From a virus, in IMG/VR virus record IMGVR_UViG_3300031974_001755: a DNA stretch of 29,074 nucleotides. One strand, 5' to 3'. How positions within the stretch are numbered: the stretch's first letter is position 1; each line of letters opens with the position of its first letter. This document shows positions 8,159-17,537 of this stretch, piece after piece. The position numbers were made by a program, and so were the translations under genes. Under the pieces are notes generated by a model. The model was not told the origin of the DNA, did no database searches, and worked only from the letters and a program-made list of their open reading frames with translations.

Positions 8159-8289
8159 TTTCCTTGACCTCTGTATTTTTTCTTATATAGCTTTGAACCT
8201 TTAATGCTACTCATTTTGGTTTTAGCGTGTACACCTTTTCTGCGTACCTTTGGCTTTAATACTTTTATGTAGTCTATTCGTTTAGCCAT
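8155..8289 (-). CDS. 44-aa extremely basic peptide (MAKRIDYIKVLKPKVRRKGVHAKTKMSSIKGSKLYKKKYRGQGK; 17 of 44 residues are K/R)
   Basis: The ATG at 8289 sits 5 nt inside the end of the protease gene, and its stop overlaps the next ATG (ATGA). All 45 codons verified. Confidence 0.5.
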   Translation of the reverse strand: MAKRIDYIKVLKPKVRRKGVHAKTKMSSIKGSKLYKKKYRGQGK

Positions 8290-9469
8290 CTATCGGTATG
8301 CAATTAGGTACTTTTTTTCCGTTTTTCATTTTCATGCCATATTGGACGTATCCATCTTGGCATGGCTTTTTAAGGTTGTGCTGTTCGCAAGGCATATACC
8401 ATACCTTACCCTCGTACTCGTGTTCGTGGTAAGATTCGCAACCAATATCTTTTGCTGCTGCTATTGCTAATTCTTTTGTAGCAAACGCAAGTCTATCATC
8501 TATAATCGCCATCTCGTCATTAATAACCTGAGAAGCTAAATCTAATTCGCCTAATTCTTTTAACTTGCTTTCAGCCCATCGCTTACCTGCTTTACCACCC
8601 CATAGAAGATAAGAGATAGTGCCACACGCCTTAGTGTCGCTTTCATCGTAGTACTCTTCTGCTCTGCTTAGATATGAGTACATACGTTTGATAGTTTCTT
8701 TTGAGATAGGTTTACCCTGTGCTAATTGTTGCGCTCGTATCTTACCTACATCAGTAGCACATTTGTTATTTACTTTCTCGTTGAGTTCAATACCACGCTT
8801 TGCGTTGTTTTTTACACCACTTGGGTAATCAGAGTAGGATTCTAATTCCTCTTTTTTACCATCTTTGTATCTACCATCCTTTTTAACGATTCTACGGATG
8901 TGTTTCAGCATATCCTGAGCTTCGTCCTCATCAAAGTCATTGATAGGTTCTTTAGGGCGTTCCATCTTGTCAGCGAAATACCCCTCAATACTGAATCCTT
9001 TAATTTTTTTTGTGCGCACATACGATTCCCATATCTCTTCGTTGTTGACTTTTACAGCCCCCATCCAAGTTCCCACAGGTACATTTAGCCCGTACTTTCT
9101 TGATTTGTCGTGTGTTTCGTCCTCTACTATCCAACTTTCTACAAGTGTTAATCCGTTAATGCTGTGTTGATGTTCTAATGTGGCTTTGTTTTGATTGCCA
9201 TTCTGTAAGTATAGCTGCGATGCCTTTTCTACTGTATCTTTTGAAAAGTATATATAATACTCATCATCGCCCTTACGTCTGTATATAGGTTTGTTTGGGA
9301 TAAGTAATGCACCAAGTAGGATACGCTTCTCGCCTGATACCTCAGCAAGTTTTATCTCTTCGTTTTTAAGTGCAATAAAATCCTCTTCAATGGCAGGGTT
9401 CTCTACGACAGATATCGCTTCTATCCCTGTTATCTCTTGGTCATCTAAGATTAGTTCTACGATTCGCAT
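8282..9469 (-). CDS. Prohead protease, XkdF-like (Peptidase_S78_2-type) N-terminal domain with a long C-terminal extension (395 aa)
   Basis: The N-terminus MRIVELILDDQEITGIEAISVVENPAIEEDFIALK matches the XkdF signature (ISLVDxPAIExxF). The extension carries CGTISYLLWGGKAGKRWAESKL and a terminal Cys motif, KPCQDGYVQYGMKMKNGKKVPNCIP. A motif copy ends 3 nt before its ATG. Confidence 0.7.
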   Translation of the reverse strand: MRIVELILDDQEITGIEAISVVENPAIEEDFIALKNEEIKLAEVSGEKRILLGALLIPNKPIYRRKGDDEYYIYFSKDTVEKASQLYLQNGNQNKATLEHQHSINGLTLVESWIVEDETHDKSRKYGLNVPVGTWMGAVKVNNEEIWESYVRTKKIKGFSIEGYFADKMERPKEPINDFDEDEAQDMLKHIRRIVKKDGRYKDGKKEELESYSDYPSGVKNNAKRGIELNEKVNNKCATDVGKIRAQQLAQGKPISKETIKRMYSYLSRAEEYYDESDTKACGTISYLLWGGKAGKRWAESKLKELGELDLASQVINDEMAIIDDRLAFATKELAIAAAKDIGCESYHEHEYEGKVWYMPCEQHNLKKPCQDGYVQYGMKMKNGKKVPNCIPIDG

Positions 9470-9472
9470 ATT

Positions 9473-9483
9473 TATATAACGTA
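9473..9483 (-). promoter_or_regulatory. Conserved motif copy 3: TACGTTATATA (minus strand), 3 nt upstream of the ATG at 9469
   Basis: Plus strand reads tatataacgta, in the 34-nt gap between 9504 and 9469. Confidence 0.6.
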
Positions 9484-9503
9484 TTTAGTTTGGTTTTTGT
9501 ATT

Positions 9504-11036
9504 TTATCCTATCGATGCACCCTCTACGATGTTTCGGTCTAATTCCTGTGCTGTGCTTACATCGTTTGATACCACGTATGCCTTTACAGGTTGCTGCGCT
9601 TGTCCACCTATTGCTTCTGCTAATTGGTTCGTATCTGATGCACCTACTATGTTAAATGCAGGGGGTGTAGGGGGCGTTGCAGTTGGCACAGATACAGTTG
9701 GCGCACCTCTTCCACCACCTTGAGCAAAACTTGGTGCAGCAGGTTCTTGTGCAGACGTTATGGCTTTGACGTTAGCAAGTCCACCTGCTACAACAGCAGC
9801 AGCCCCTATAAACCCAAAAATACCACCCTGAGCAAGAGCTTTGTTCGCACCTGCATAAGTATCTCTAATCGCTTGTACAATTGCAATAGCTTTACCAAAC
9901 TTAGAATTTTGCCCTACAATACTTGCTATGTTACCAAGTGCGTTTGTGATATCTTGTTGTTTTTGGATTGCAAGTTGTTTATCTAACTCAGCTTGCTTTA
10001 GAGCATCTTGTTTAGCTGCTTCCGCTAATTGCTTTCTTTTTTCCTCAGCTTCTTTTTGTCTTTGAGCTTCTGCGTCTGCTGCTGCTTTTTCCTCTGCCGC
10101 CTTTTCATCGGCTATCGCTTTCTCTGCTGCTCTTTGTTCGTTTAATAGAGCAATGGTTTGAGATGTAACCTCTTTTTGCTTAGATAGTCTTGCAGTTTCT
10201 AATTGTATTAAGTTGGCTTTAAGTTGTGCTTCCTCGTCTAAATCTTCTTTTGTTGACTTGCCTAAAGAGTTCTCTAATTGTTTGGCTTCTAATCTTAATT
10301 GAGATGCCTGTATCTCTTGTTGAGTTATCTCTTGGTCTATCCTACCTGCTTCTTTTAAAAACTCAATCCTTTGCTCTGTTGAAAACTGCTCTCTATCTAC
10401 TGCTTTCTCTAAAAGCTCTGCTCGTTTTCTATCTGCTTCTGCTCTATCAACAAGCAATCTTCTTTCTACCTTGTCTGCTTTAGCTCTTGCATCTGCTAAC
10501 TGACCTGCTAACTTTATTTCGTTTTTTGTTTCTTCGCCAAAGTTCTTAACACCATCTACAACCTCAGATACATTTTCTTTGAGTTCGCCCCATGCTGCGG
10601 ATGCGCCTTTTAAATCGCCTTTAGCAAGTTTGAATAATGCCTTACCTGCTGCAAATATGGATTCCCCTAAGTTAGCCAAGATATCTACTACATTACCTGT
10701 AACAACACCTATCTGAGTCATTAACTTGGCAAACCTATTTTGCCCCTCTTCTGATGCTGTAAATGCCTTTTGTAGAGATATAACACCTAACACTAATGCA
10801 CCTATACCTGTGGCAATAATCGCCACCCTAAGACTCTTAAATCCACTAACTGCTTTTTTAACACTTTGGCTAACACCCTTAAACCCACTAATAGCACCAC
10901 CTGTAAGATTATCTAAGCTACCTGTTAAATCTTCTGTGCTTTCATTTAGATTATCAGTACTCTTTTTAAGATTATCAATGCTTTTTTCAGCCCCATCGGT
11001 CTGTGCATCAATTATGATTGTTTTTTTGACTGCCAT
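9504..11036 (-). CDS. Tape-measure-like or internal virion protein (510 aa; coiled coil plus hydrophobic and Gly-rich segments)
   Basis: Hydrophobic helix LRVAIIATGIGALVLGVISL. Long A/E/K/Q coiled coil. The C-terminal segment GGIFGFIGAAAVVAGGLANV is typical of tape measure proteins (TMPs). The gene context is atypical for a TMP, as noted in the findings. Confidence 0.5.
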   Translation of the reverse strand: MAVKKTIIIDAQTDGAEKSIDNLKKSTDNLNESTEDLTGSLDNLTGGAISGFKGVSQSVKKAVSGFKSLRVAIIATGIGALVLGVISLQKAFTASEEGQNRFAKLMTQIGVVTGNVVDILANLGESIFAAGKALFKLAKGDLKGASAAWGELKENVSEVVDGVKNFGEETKNEIKLAGQLADARAKADKVERRLLVDRAEADRKRAELLEKAVDREQFSTEQRIEFLKEAGRIDQEITQQEIQASQLRLEAKQLENSLGKSTKEDLDEEAQLKANLIQLETARLSKQKEVTSQTIALLNEQRAAEKAIADEKAAEEKAAADAEAQRQKEAEEKRKQLAEAAKQDALKQAELDKQLAIQKQQDITNALGNIASIVGQNSKFGKAIAIVQAIRDTYAGANKALAQGGIFGFIGAAAVVAGGLANVKAITSAQEPAAPSFAQGGGRGAPTVSVPTATPPTPPAFNIVGASDTNQLAEAIGGQAQQPVKAYVVSNDVSTAQELDRNIVEGASIG

Positions 11037-11167
11037 TTTATTTCGTTTTTAACTTGGGTAAATGCTTGTTTTAAGTTCTTAGGTAGATAGTTCTGTCCTT
11101 TAGCTATTCGGATGTTTTCCGAGCCATCTTTTACATAGGGTAGTAACTCTAAGATATTCTGTATCAT
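11012..11167 (-). CDS. 51-aa ORF (MIQNILELLPYVKDGSENIRIAKGQNYLPKNLKQAFTQVKNEIKWQSKKQS)
   Basis: ATGA overlap with the stop of the 689-aa gene. Ends 25 nt inside the next gene. All 52 codons verified. Below the track cutoff. Confidence 0.4.
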   Translation of the reverse strand: MIQNILELLPYVKDGSENIRIAKGQNYLPKNLKQAFTQVKNEIKWQSKKQS

Positions 11168-13233
11168 AATTCGTTTAATAGTTCTATGTTTGATTCGCCT
11201 GTCGCTAAGTTCGTTTCTATGCTGTTGATCTTATACCTTTTGCCATTGATATCGAACCTATCAGCAAGTGTAAAGTTTAAAAGGATTCTAAGGGGTAAGT
11301 ATGCCTTTACTTTTGTGATTCTGTTCTTTGTATTGAACACATTTGTAATATAAGTGCTATAATAGTTTTGAAACAACGTACCTGTAAAACTACTATCGCC
11401 TGTATATTCGTTTTTCTCTAACTTAAAATTGATATTGGCAGTAGATGTACCTGAGCTAAAAGAAACGCTGTTAGATGGCATATTAACGCTTCCTGATACA
11501 GCAGAGTGTGTGTTATAAGTGCCATCTGCATTGACTACATCTATAAAGCTAATTGTTTCTGAGGGGTTTGTATATACAGGATAAAATAGTAATGGTTTTC
11601 CTATATAGCTTTCTTGGTTATCATCTACCGACCAACCCCATTGTATATCTGTTTGGCTTTCTGTATCTAAATTAACAAGTCTTTCGTATTTAGGGTGTCC
11701 AAATGGGGCTACTACGCTATAAAGAGAACCATCTACTATATTGCCATCATCATCTGTTTGGCTATAATCTGTCTTTGCCCATTCTTGATTAAACAGCTGA
11801 TTGTGTGTAGCAGCTAAAAATGTATCTGTATCTTCATAACTAAACGATACTTCTCTATATGGCAAAGCTACATTAACCTGACTACTGTTTACATCTACAA
11901 ACTCGCTTATATCGTATGCTGTGCTTATTGATTTTTTATTTGCATAAAAGTTATCTAAGGTATCAACGTATATCGTACCATCATCCTCTACAAAAGTTGT
12001 GAGGTTAAACATCTTGAACAATCCTGTCAAAAAATCAATTACTTTTATTTCAGGTATTTGACCTGTAATAACAAAATCAAAATCAGTAGTTAAAACATAA
12101 TTACCTGTACTGTGAGTTGTAGTAACTGTTGTTGTGAAAGCAAGCTTTTGAGTAGTCCATATAATATCTGTAAATGTAAATGCAGCTGAATACTCAACAG
12201 ATACAGTATAATAAGATAAAGGGCTATAAACAGAGGTTAAATAGATTATTTTATTTGTGCTTGTTATGTTGCTTTCTGAATAAACCTCTATACCATTCCT
12301 AAATATATTAATATCGTATGGTTGGGTTGTTGTCCTTTGTAAGTTTAAAGTAAAATTTAAAATAGGTGGTGTAGCTGTAACTTGTAGTGCTGAGGTGTTA
12401 GTCATTTGTGATAAAGGCGAAGCAGTTGGTGGTGTAGTAGTACCTGCCCCTGCTGTCCAACCATCTATTTGATTAGTAAAGGTGTCTATTTGTTTGCCAC
12501 TTGATACTATACCTTTTTTTCTGTGTAACCACATAAACAAATCATAGTAAGCATCGTTTGTGGTGTTTAAGAAATCTGTACTAAAAGTTATACCATAAGC
12601 ATCCTCAATAGCTTCTATAATCTTATGTACCCTTAGTGCGTATTTTAACTCGTTCCAAGCAAGACCATGCTTATTACCACTTTGATAGTATAGATTCCCT
12701 GTGTTGTGTGTGTTATCCCCACTATCGTAGTAAAGTCTTTTTGTGTGAGTGATAATAGGTACTACTACATCGTTTGATGCAGGGTTTCTCTGCAAAGCTG
12801 ACTTTATTTCAGAAGATGAAAAGGTTTCGTTTAAGCTATTAAGACTTGTAAGTGCACTTAGCTTATCTTCGCCTAATAAGTCTTTAAGTGTTACAGTGTT
12901 ACCAAAGAATGTGATGCGATAAGACTTAGGTTTTCTGTTTTGTAAATCTACACCTTCTAACTTTATCTTACCTTTTTTAAATGGTAGGTAGTTTAATTCA
13001 AGTGTAGCGTCTTTCTTTGTTCTCGCATCAAAGCCCCCTGTGATATCAAAGTTATAATAGTGCTTGAATATCTTGTTGTTAGTTTTAGAAGCAGGCAGGG
13101 TAAACGTCTTTGTAAACTCTGTGAACACTTTAGCTATGTCCTTTACGTTTTGGATAGACTGAGTGATAGATACGCTTTCATCTTTAAACATATCTATACG
13201 TTGACCTTCGATATATAGCTGTATGCTTTGCAC
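11164..13233 (-). CDS. Large tail/baseplate structural protein (689 aa)
   Basis: GTG start overlapping the upstream TAG (TAGTG). The N-terminus QLYIEGQRIDMFKDESVSITQSIQNVKDIAKVFTEFTKTFTLPASKTNNKIF resembles conserved tail proteins of Bacteroidota phages; this is from memory and not searched. Confidence 0.5.
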   Translation of the reverse strand: MQSIQLYIEGQRIDMFKDESVSITQSIQNVKDIAKVFTEFTKTFTLPASKTNNKIFKHYYNFDITGGFDARTKKDATLELNYLPFKKGKIKLEGVDLQNRKPKSYRITFFGNTVTLKDLLGEDKLSALTSLNSLNETFSSSEIKSALQRNPASNDVVVPIITHTKRLYYDSGDNTHNTGNLYYQSGNKHGLAWNELKYALRVHKIIEAIEDAYGITFSTDFLNTTNDAYYDLFMWLHRKKGIVSSGKQIDTFTNQIDGWTAGAGTTTPPTASPLSQMTNTSALQVTATPPILNFTLNLQRTTTQPYDINIFRNGIEVYSESNITSTNKIIYLTSVYSPLSYYTVSVEYSAAFTFTDIIWTTQKLAFTTTVTTTHSTGNYVLTTDFDFVITGQIPEIKVIDFLTGLFKMFNLTTFVEDDGTIYVDTLDNFYANKKSISTAYDISEFVDVNSSQVNVALPYREVSFSYEDTDTFLAATHNQLFNQEWAKTDYSQTDDDGNIVDGSLYSVVAPFGHPKYERLVNLDTESQTDIQWGWSVDDNQESYIGKPLLFYPVYTNPSETISFIDVVNADGTYNTHSAVSGSVNMPSNSVSFSSGTSTANINFKLEKNEYTGDSSFTGTLFQNYYSTYITNVFNTKNRITKVKAYLPLRILLNFTLADRFDINGKRYKINSIETNLATGESNIELLNEL

Positions 13234-14303
13234 TATCTTACGTTGTTTATTTTATCAAATGCGTATTCAAAGTTAAGCGTGTATTGTACGAGCTTATCGT
13301 TTACGCTTGTTTTGTATTGTAATGACTGAGTTGTAACATTAACAGGATAGATGCTGTTTGTGCCATCTAATTTTTCTAACCAAACTTGTTCGCTTAACAT
13401 AAGTTGCTTGATCACTTCGTTATGAGTGTCGCTTATGTACCCTGTGTTAGCTACTATTGTTTCATTACCCATTTTATCAAATGTTCGCTTTTGGTGTTCG
13501 TTGACATCATAGGTCAAAGTAGACAGGTTGATGTTAGCTGATTTGTATGTTTCAGATTGTGTGTTTATAGACTCAGTATTTTTGCGGTCTAAGTACATAT
13601 CTTGCAACGCACCAAACTTATTTACAAACGTAGCTTTAATTGGTGTGTATTTACTGCATTGTAATTCCTCTACTGTAAATGTTTTGTCAGTACCTGCACC
13701 TGCGCCATAATTAACCACAATCTTATTGAATGTACCTGTAACTACACTACTACTTATGTATTGTATTTTTTGGTTTGTGTTTCCATTATCGGTTATGGTA
13801 ACTGTATGTCTTTCCGTTGCATCTTGATAGTATTTAACTGTATTCGTGTCCTCTGCAAATACAGGCAGTATTACATCCTCGTTTTCGTCTTTGTAGATTA
13901 TAAGGTTTGATTGTAATGCATCTCTTTGTAGCTCAGGATTAATACTATCAGTAAAATAACCATAGCCATCCAAAGCAATATAGTCTGTGTTGCTTGTACC
14001 TAAACTTGTACCACCACCATCAACACCACTATAAATAGTGATATCAGACTCTACCCAAACAGAATAACTTGTATGCGTTCCGTTAAACTCTACTTCTAAA
14101 TAATCACGCACAAGTTCGCTAATCTCAAACACCACATAGTTATTTGAGTCTATTTCGTTTTTCGTTATGGTATATTGTGCAGTAGAAGGCTTGTCTGTTG
14201 TTAATACACCTGTGTAAATATATAACCGCATTGTAGCAGAAGCTAAACCGCCATTACTTGCTTTTACATAAAAAGGACTTCTTACGTTTATCTTTGTTGC
14301 CAT
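13233..14303 (-). CDS. Tail structural protein (356 aa); function unassigned
   Basis: TAATG overlap with the upstream gene. Beta-rich sequence within the tail gene block. Confidence 0.45.
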   Translation of the reverse strand: MATKINVRSPFYVKASNGGLASATMRLYIYTGVLTTDKPSTAQYTITKNEIDSNNYVVFEISELVRDYLEVEFNGTHTSYSVWVESDITIYSGVDGGGTSLGTSNTDYIALDGYGYFTDSINPELQRDALQSNLIIYKDENEDVILPVFAEDTNTVKYYQDATERHTVTITDNGNTNQKIQYISSSVVTGTFNKIVVNYGAGAGTDKTFTVEELQCSKYTPIKATFVNKFGALQDMYLDRKNTESINTQSETYKSANINLSTLTYDVNEHQKRTFDKMGNETIVANTGYISDTHNEVIKQLMLSEQVWLEKLDGTNSIYPVNVTTQSLQYKTSVNDKLVQYTLNFEYAFDKINNVR

Positions 14304-14809
14304 TATATTGAGTTTTCTAAATCGATAGCAAATTGCTCTTGTAATTCTTTAGGTAGGTTAGTAAATGCTTTCTCAAAGGGCTTAGTAAAAAACAGAGAAG
14401 GCTTTATACCATAGTTCTTTACAATCGTAGCAAGCGCAAACCCTGTCTGCTTATAACTTAAAAACCTACCCTTTTTGTCTCTAAACTGTATTCTCTTTGC
14501 AGATGCCCACTTACCAAACGTACCTGTTTTACTTTCTAACCCTACGAGGTTTGATGATTGCTTGTAACTAAAATTACTTAAAGACTTACCACCTTTAACA
14601 CCCTTAACACCCCTGTCTTGAAACATACCATAATCTTCCATCTCAAAGTAAAGTCTAAAACCTTGACTTACTTCCTCTATGGTGTATCCAATAGAATCGT
14701 ACAATTTTTTATTTACGTTCTTTTTGCCTTTAGTAAGGTTTGTGCGTGATTGTTGCACTACATACTTACCAAAAGCCCTTAGAGCTGCCTGTGTTTCTTT
14801 TAGCTGCAT
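14303..14809 (-). CDS. HK97 gp10-like neck / tail-completion protein (168 aa)
   Basis: KYVVQQSRTNLTKGKKNVNKKLYDSIGY...FEMEDYGMFQDRGVKG resembles the HK97-gp10 family pattern (...YAxYVExG). Confidence 0.45.
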   Translation of the reverse strand: MQLKETQAALRAFGKYVVQQSRTNLTKGKKNVNKKLYDSIGYTIEEVSQGFRLYFEMEDYGMFQDRGVKGVKGGKSLSNFSYKQSSNLVGLESKTGTFGKWASAKRIQFRDKKGRFLSYKQTGFALATIVKNYGIKPSLFFTKPFEKAFTNLPKELQEQFAIDLENSI

Positions 14810-15273
14810 ATATTAATATCGTTTTGTATTAATACATCAAACGTACAAGCCCATCCTGCTACTTGATTCTCAAATCTATCATAAAAGGGTTCGCAAGTAG
14901 GGTCGCCATCTAATTGGTATTTGTTTTGATACAACGTACCCATTCTAAGTACTTGTATAAGTTTGTTTAAAACTACAAGCTGAGTGTTAAGCACATCCTG
15001 TTCGTTGTTGTTACCTTTAAAGATGTCTGTGGTTGCTTCTTTGCTTTGGTCAACAATATCCATAGCCAACACAGAGATATTAAACCTATATATGTTTTCC
15101 TCTAATGTTACGTTGTTTACTATAAAGTGAGATAAAGGGTACATTGTCTGCTTGGCTAAGTCAATGTCTGTGATATCCCCTGTTGTTACTGTGTTGACGT
15201 TTACATCGTCTAACAGTTGGTCTTTGATTGTTTTGGTTATTTGGTAAAAACCTATTACACCTTGATTAGCCAT
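14800..15273 (-). CDS. Putative neck or tail-terminator protein (157 aa)
   Basis: Assigned by position and size only. Overlaps the next gene by 10 nt. Confidence 0.35.
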   Translation of the reverse strand: MANQGVIGFYQITKTIKDQLLDDVNVNTVTTGDITDIDLAKQTMYPLSHFIVNNVTLEENIYRFNISVLAMDIVDQSKEATTDIFKGNNNEQDVLNTQLVVLNKLIQVLRMGTLYQNKYQLDGDPTCEPFYDRFENQVAGWACTFDVLIQNDINICS

Positions 15274-15354
15274 TAAATTTACTTTTTATTTGTCTTGCTT
15301 CTAACTCTGCTTTGTCTTTCATAAAACTTAGGGCATATAAACATTGATGAGCGT

Positions 15355-16002
15355 TTAGTTTAGTGATATCTTCAAATCGTCCAATATCCCCCTGAGCGAG
15401 TGCGTAAAGTGATTGATACCACCCCCATTTTCGTCCGAAATTAGATGCAGCGCTAAGTTCATCTCCTCGTTCCCCAAATAGTTCAGCATAGCTTTCGATA
15501 AGTCCATCCCTAAATTGTAAAAAAAAACAATAGAACCTAAGACTGCACTCATGGGCATATCTTTCATCTTTTCTGCGTTATCTACGCTATAATCCTCTAC
15601 GTTGTACTTATCGCCATATTGATTCACAATAGGTCTGTATAGAACATTCATAGCCCTGTGCATATTTTCCCAATCGCCTATAAACGTATCTAAGTCTATG
15701 TATTCGCCAAAGCTCATATCATCTAACTTAGGTATAAACCCATATTGCGTACCTTTCATCTTGAACATAGTTTGCAACTTGGGTGTATGGTTTAGCATCT
15801 CAGTTAATATCTGCACTATGCTGTTAATGTCAGTAGCCCTCATAAGCAGGACGTGGTCGCCACGTATCCCACAAAATATCTCTATCATCTTAACAGCTAA
15901 AAACTTCTCGTCCTCGTTGTTATCTTGTATCTTTAGATATCTCTGATATTGGTCTAAGGTTATCTCATTAAGCGATTCAGGGATTTCTATATCTACTTTC
16001 AT
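15355..16002 (-). CDS. Hypothetical morphogenesis-module protein (215 aa; possible chaperone)
   Basis: First gene after terL. A motif copy ends 3 nt before its ATG. Acidic and helical. Confidence 0.35.
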   Translation of the reverse strand: MKVDIEIPESLNEITLDQYQRYLKIQDNNEDEKFLAVKMIEIFCGIRGDHVLLMRATDINSIVQILTEMLNHTPKLQTMFKMKGTQYGFIPKLDDMSFGEYIDLDTFIGDWENMHRAMNVLYRPIVNQYGDKYNVEDYSVDNAEKMKDMPMSAVLGSIVFFYNLGMDLSKAMLNYLGNEEMNLALHLISDENGGGINHFTHSLRGILDDLKISLN

Positions 16003-16005
16003 ACT

Positions 16006-16016
16006 TATATAACGTA
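16006..16016 (-). promoter_or_regulatory. Conserved motif copy 4: TACGTTATATA (minus strand), 3 nt upstream of the ATG at 16002
   Basis: Plus strand reads tatataacgta, in the 27-nt terL / next-gene gap. Preceded by T9 on the minus strand. Confidence 0.6.
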
Positions 16017-16029
16017 AAAAAAAATGATT

Positions 16030-17241
16030 TTAGCTAATAGCGTACTGACCTCTGTTTGGGTTTTGTAGTTGATAGCCTACGCTGTATCTAATCGCATCAA
16101 TAAGGTGGCAATAAGCATCAACAGGCGTGTTTGATTTGCGCTCTAACCATCTGTAATTGTTCAGCTCTTTAATCAGGTTTGTACTATCAGGGCTTACCAC
16201 TAAGTCGTAGTCTTGTAATAAAGAGATGCCATAGGTAACACTTCCCTGTCCTTTTATGGATGGCTTTACACTACACCCCTTTGCTTTGAGTTCGTGTATA
16301 AGTCTTGGTTCTGCACTATCCCCTACAATAAGACCATCCTTAGCGTGTTTAAGATTGAGTTGAGCTATCTGTGAGGTTGTAAGACGTGGCAGGTAAAAAC
16401 ATTCCCTTAAATAGATTATTTTGTTATCTGTATCTATGTTTGTTTCTACAAGGGTTGAGGGGTCTGCTGCAAAACCATAATCCTGCCCCCATACGCTAAC
16501 ACCTTTCTTTTTAAATTCCCCAATAGTCCAATTAGTGAATATCACACCCTCTGCTTTACTCATCCACGAACCTAACATCTGCTGTTTGTATTTCTCAGGT
16601 CTGCGCTGTTTCATTTGTTCTATCTGCTCTATGTAGCTTGTAGATAGATTGTCTAAGTTGTCTAAGTATGTGGTGTGAATGTATGTGGTGTTATCCTTAC
16701 TCGTATTGCTACCTTCCTGTACACCCTTATCTTCAAAGAATCGTGTATAGACAAAATGTTCTTTTGTTGTAGGGTTGAGTATCAGTATAACTCTGTTTTG
16801 ATTGCCTTGTTGTCTTACTGATAGGTCAATGGTATCAAACTTCTGCTCGTCTGTTAGTTCCTCTGCTTCATCTACTACCCAAGTCGTAATGCCTGTGAGT
16901 GATTTTAAACTCGCTGTCTGATCGCCTGAGCTTGTCTTGATACCCCTAAAGATTATCTTGCTTCCTGATTTCTTATTTATTATCTCGTCCTTTGTTACGT
17001 GGAAGTCTGCAATACAGTCCATCAGTTCTAACTTCTCAATAAACTCAGGGATGATTGAGATACGTGCAGATGTTAAAGTATATCGTGTGAATAGGATTGT
17101 ATGCCCACGCTCATAGGTAAGTATAACAAGCAGAGCATTTATTGAGAAAGACTTACCTGAACCCCTACCACCTGTAACCACAAAGTATCTACTATCGTCT
17201 GTGGATATTGGCAGGTATTTTTTATGTATGTTAATCGACAA
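16030..17241 (-). CDS. terL: Terminase large subunit (403 aa)
   Basis: Walker A YFVVTGGRGSGKSFS, Walker B TWVVDEAEEL and a C-terminal RNaseH-like nuclease region. The start codon at 17241 is TTG, 11 nt inside the end of the upstream gene. Confidence 0.9.
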   Translation of the reverse strand: MSINIHKKYLPISTDDSRYFVVTGGRGSGKSFSINALLVILTYERGHTILFTRYTLTSARISIIPEFIEKLELMDCIADFHVTKDEIINKKSGSKIIFRGIKTSSGDQTASLKSLTGITTWVVDEAEELTDEQKFDTIDLSVRQQGNQNRVILILNPTTKEHFVYTRFFEDKGVQEGSNTSKDNTTYIHTTYLDNLDNLSTSYIEQIEQMKQRRPEKYKQQMLGSWMSKAEGVIFTNWTIGEFKKKGVSVWGQDYGFAADPSTLVETNIDTDNKIIYLRECFYLPRLTTSQIAQLNLKHAKDGLIVGDSAEPRLIHELKAKGCSVKPSIKGQGSVTYGISLLQDYDLVVSPDSTNLIKELNNYRWLERKSNTPVDAYCHLIDAIRYSVGYQLQNPNRGQYAIS

Positions 17242-17524
17242 ACTTAATTAAGTCCTTAAAGTTTATATTTAGCCCCTCTGATGAATTGATATCCATACTC
17301 TCTTTTGGCTTACCATAACGATAGCTGAGATATAGTTGTATTGCTCTCATATCGCCTTTTGCTACGAGCTTACCTAATTGTGTTAATGCTTCGTTGCTGT
17401 CTATGATCGCATCTAAGCGTTCTACTAATTTAGCTTCGTCTGCTTTAGGTTTTCTACCCGCCCCTTGTCTTGCACCACCATTTGAAGCTCTACCATCCAT
17501 AATTGAAAAAGATTGTTTAATCAA
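17231..17524 (-). CDS. Terminase small subunit-like DNA-binding protein (97 aa)
   Basis: GGARQGAGRKPKADE...AIQLYLSYRYGKPKES is a pattern common in small terminase and packaging proteins, and the gene lies directly upstream of terL. The codon at 17524 is TTG. An alternative ATG at 17500 would give MDGRASNGG... Confidence 0.5.
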   Translation of the reverse strand: MIKQSFSIMDGRASNGGARQGAGRKPKADEAKLVERLDAIIDSNEALTQLGKLVAKGDMRAIQLYLSYRYGKPKESMDINSSEGLNINFKDLIKFVD

Positions 17525-17525
17525 T

Positions 17526-17536
17526 TATATAACGTA
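17526..17536 (-). promoter_or_regulatory. Conserved motif copy 5: TACGTTATATA (minus strand), 1 nt upstream of the TTG at 17524 (25 nt upstream of the ATG at 17500)
   Basis: Plus strand reads tatataacgta, immediately after the stop (17538-17540) of the preceding small ORF. Confidence 0.6.
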
Positions 17537-17537
17537 A

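Noticed and set aside
8010-8204. Plus-strand 64-aa ORF in the protease-scaffold gap
   Set aside because: The same interval is explained better by two coupled minus-strand basic ORFs (8155-8289 and 8015-8158), which have ATGA and overlap linkage to their neighbours.
13195-13206. The 12-mer TATACGTTGACC occurs on the plus strand at about 13195 and on the minus strand at about 17685-17696
   Set aside because: By a rough count, many 12-mer coincidences are expected between the two strands of a 29-kb genome. Both copies are in coding sequence.
15274-15354. Tiny ORFs (18-21 aa) and a TAAGTTTT box in the 81-nt gap upstream of the 157-aa gene
   Set aside because: The ORFs are too short and lack coupling signals on both sides. 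The box has a mismatch and no -33 partner. The evidence is not sufficient.
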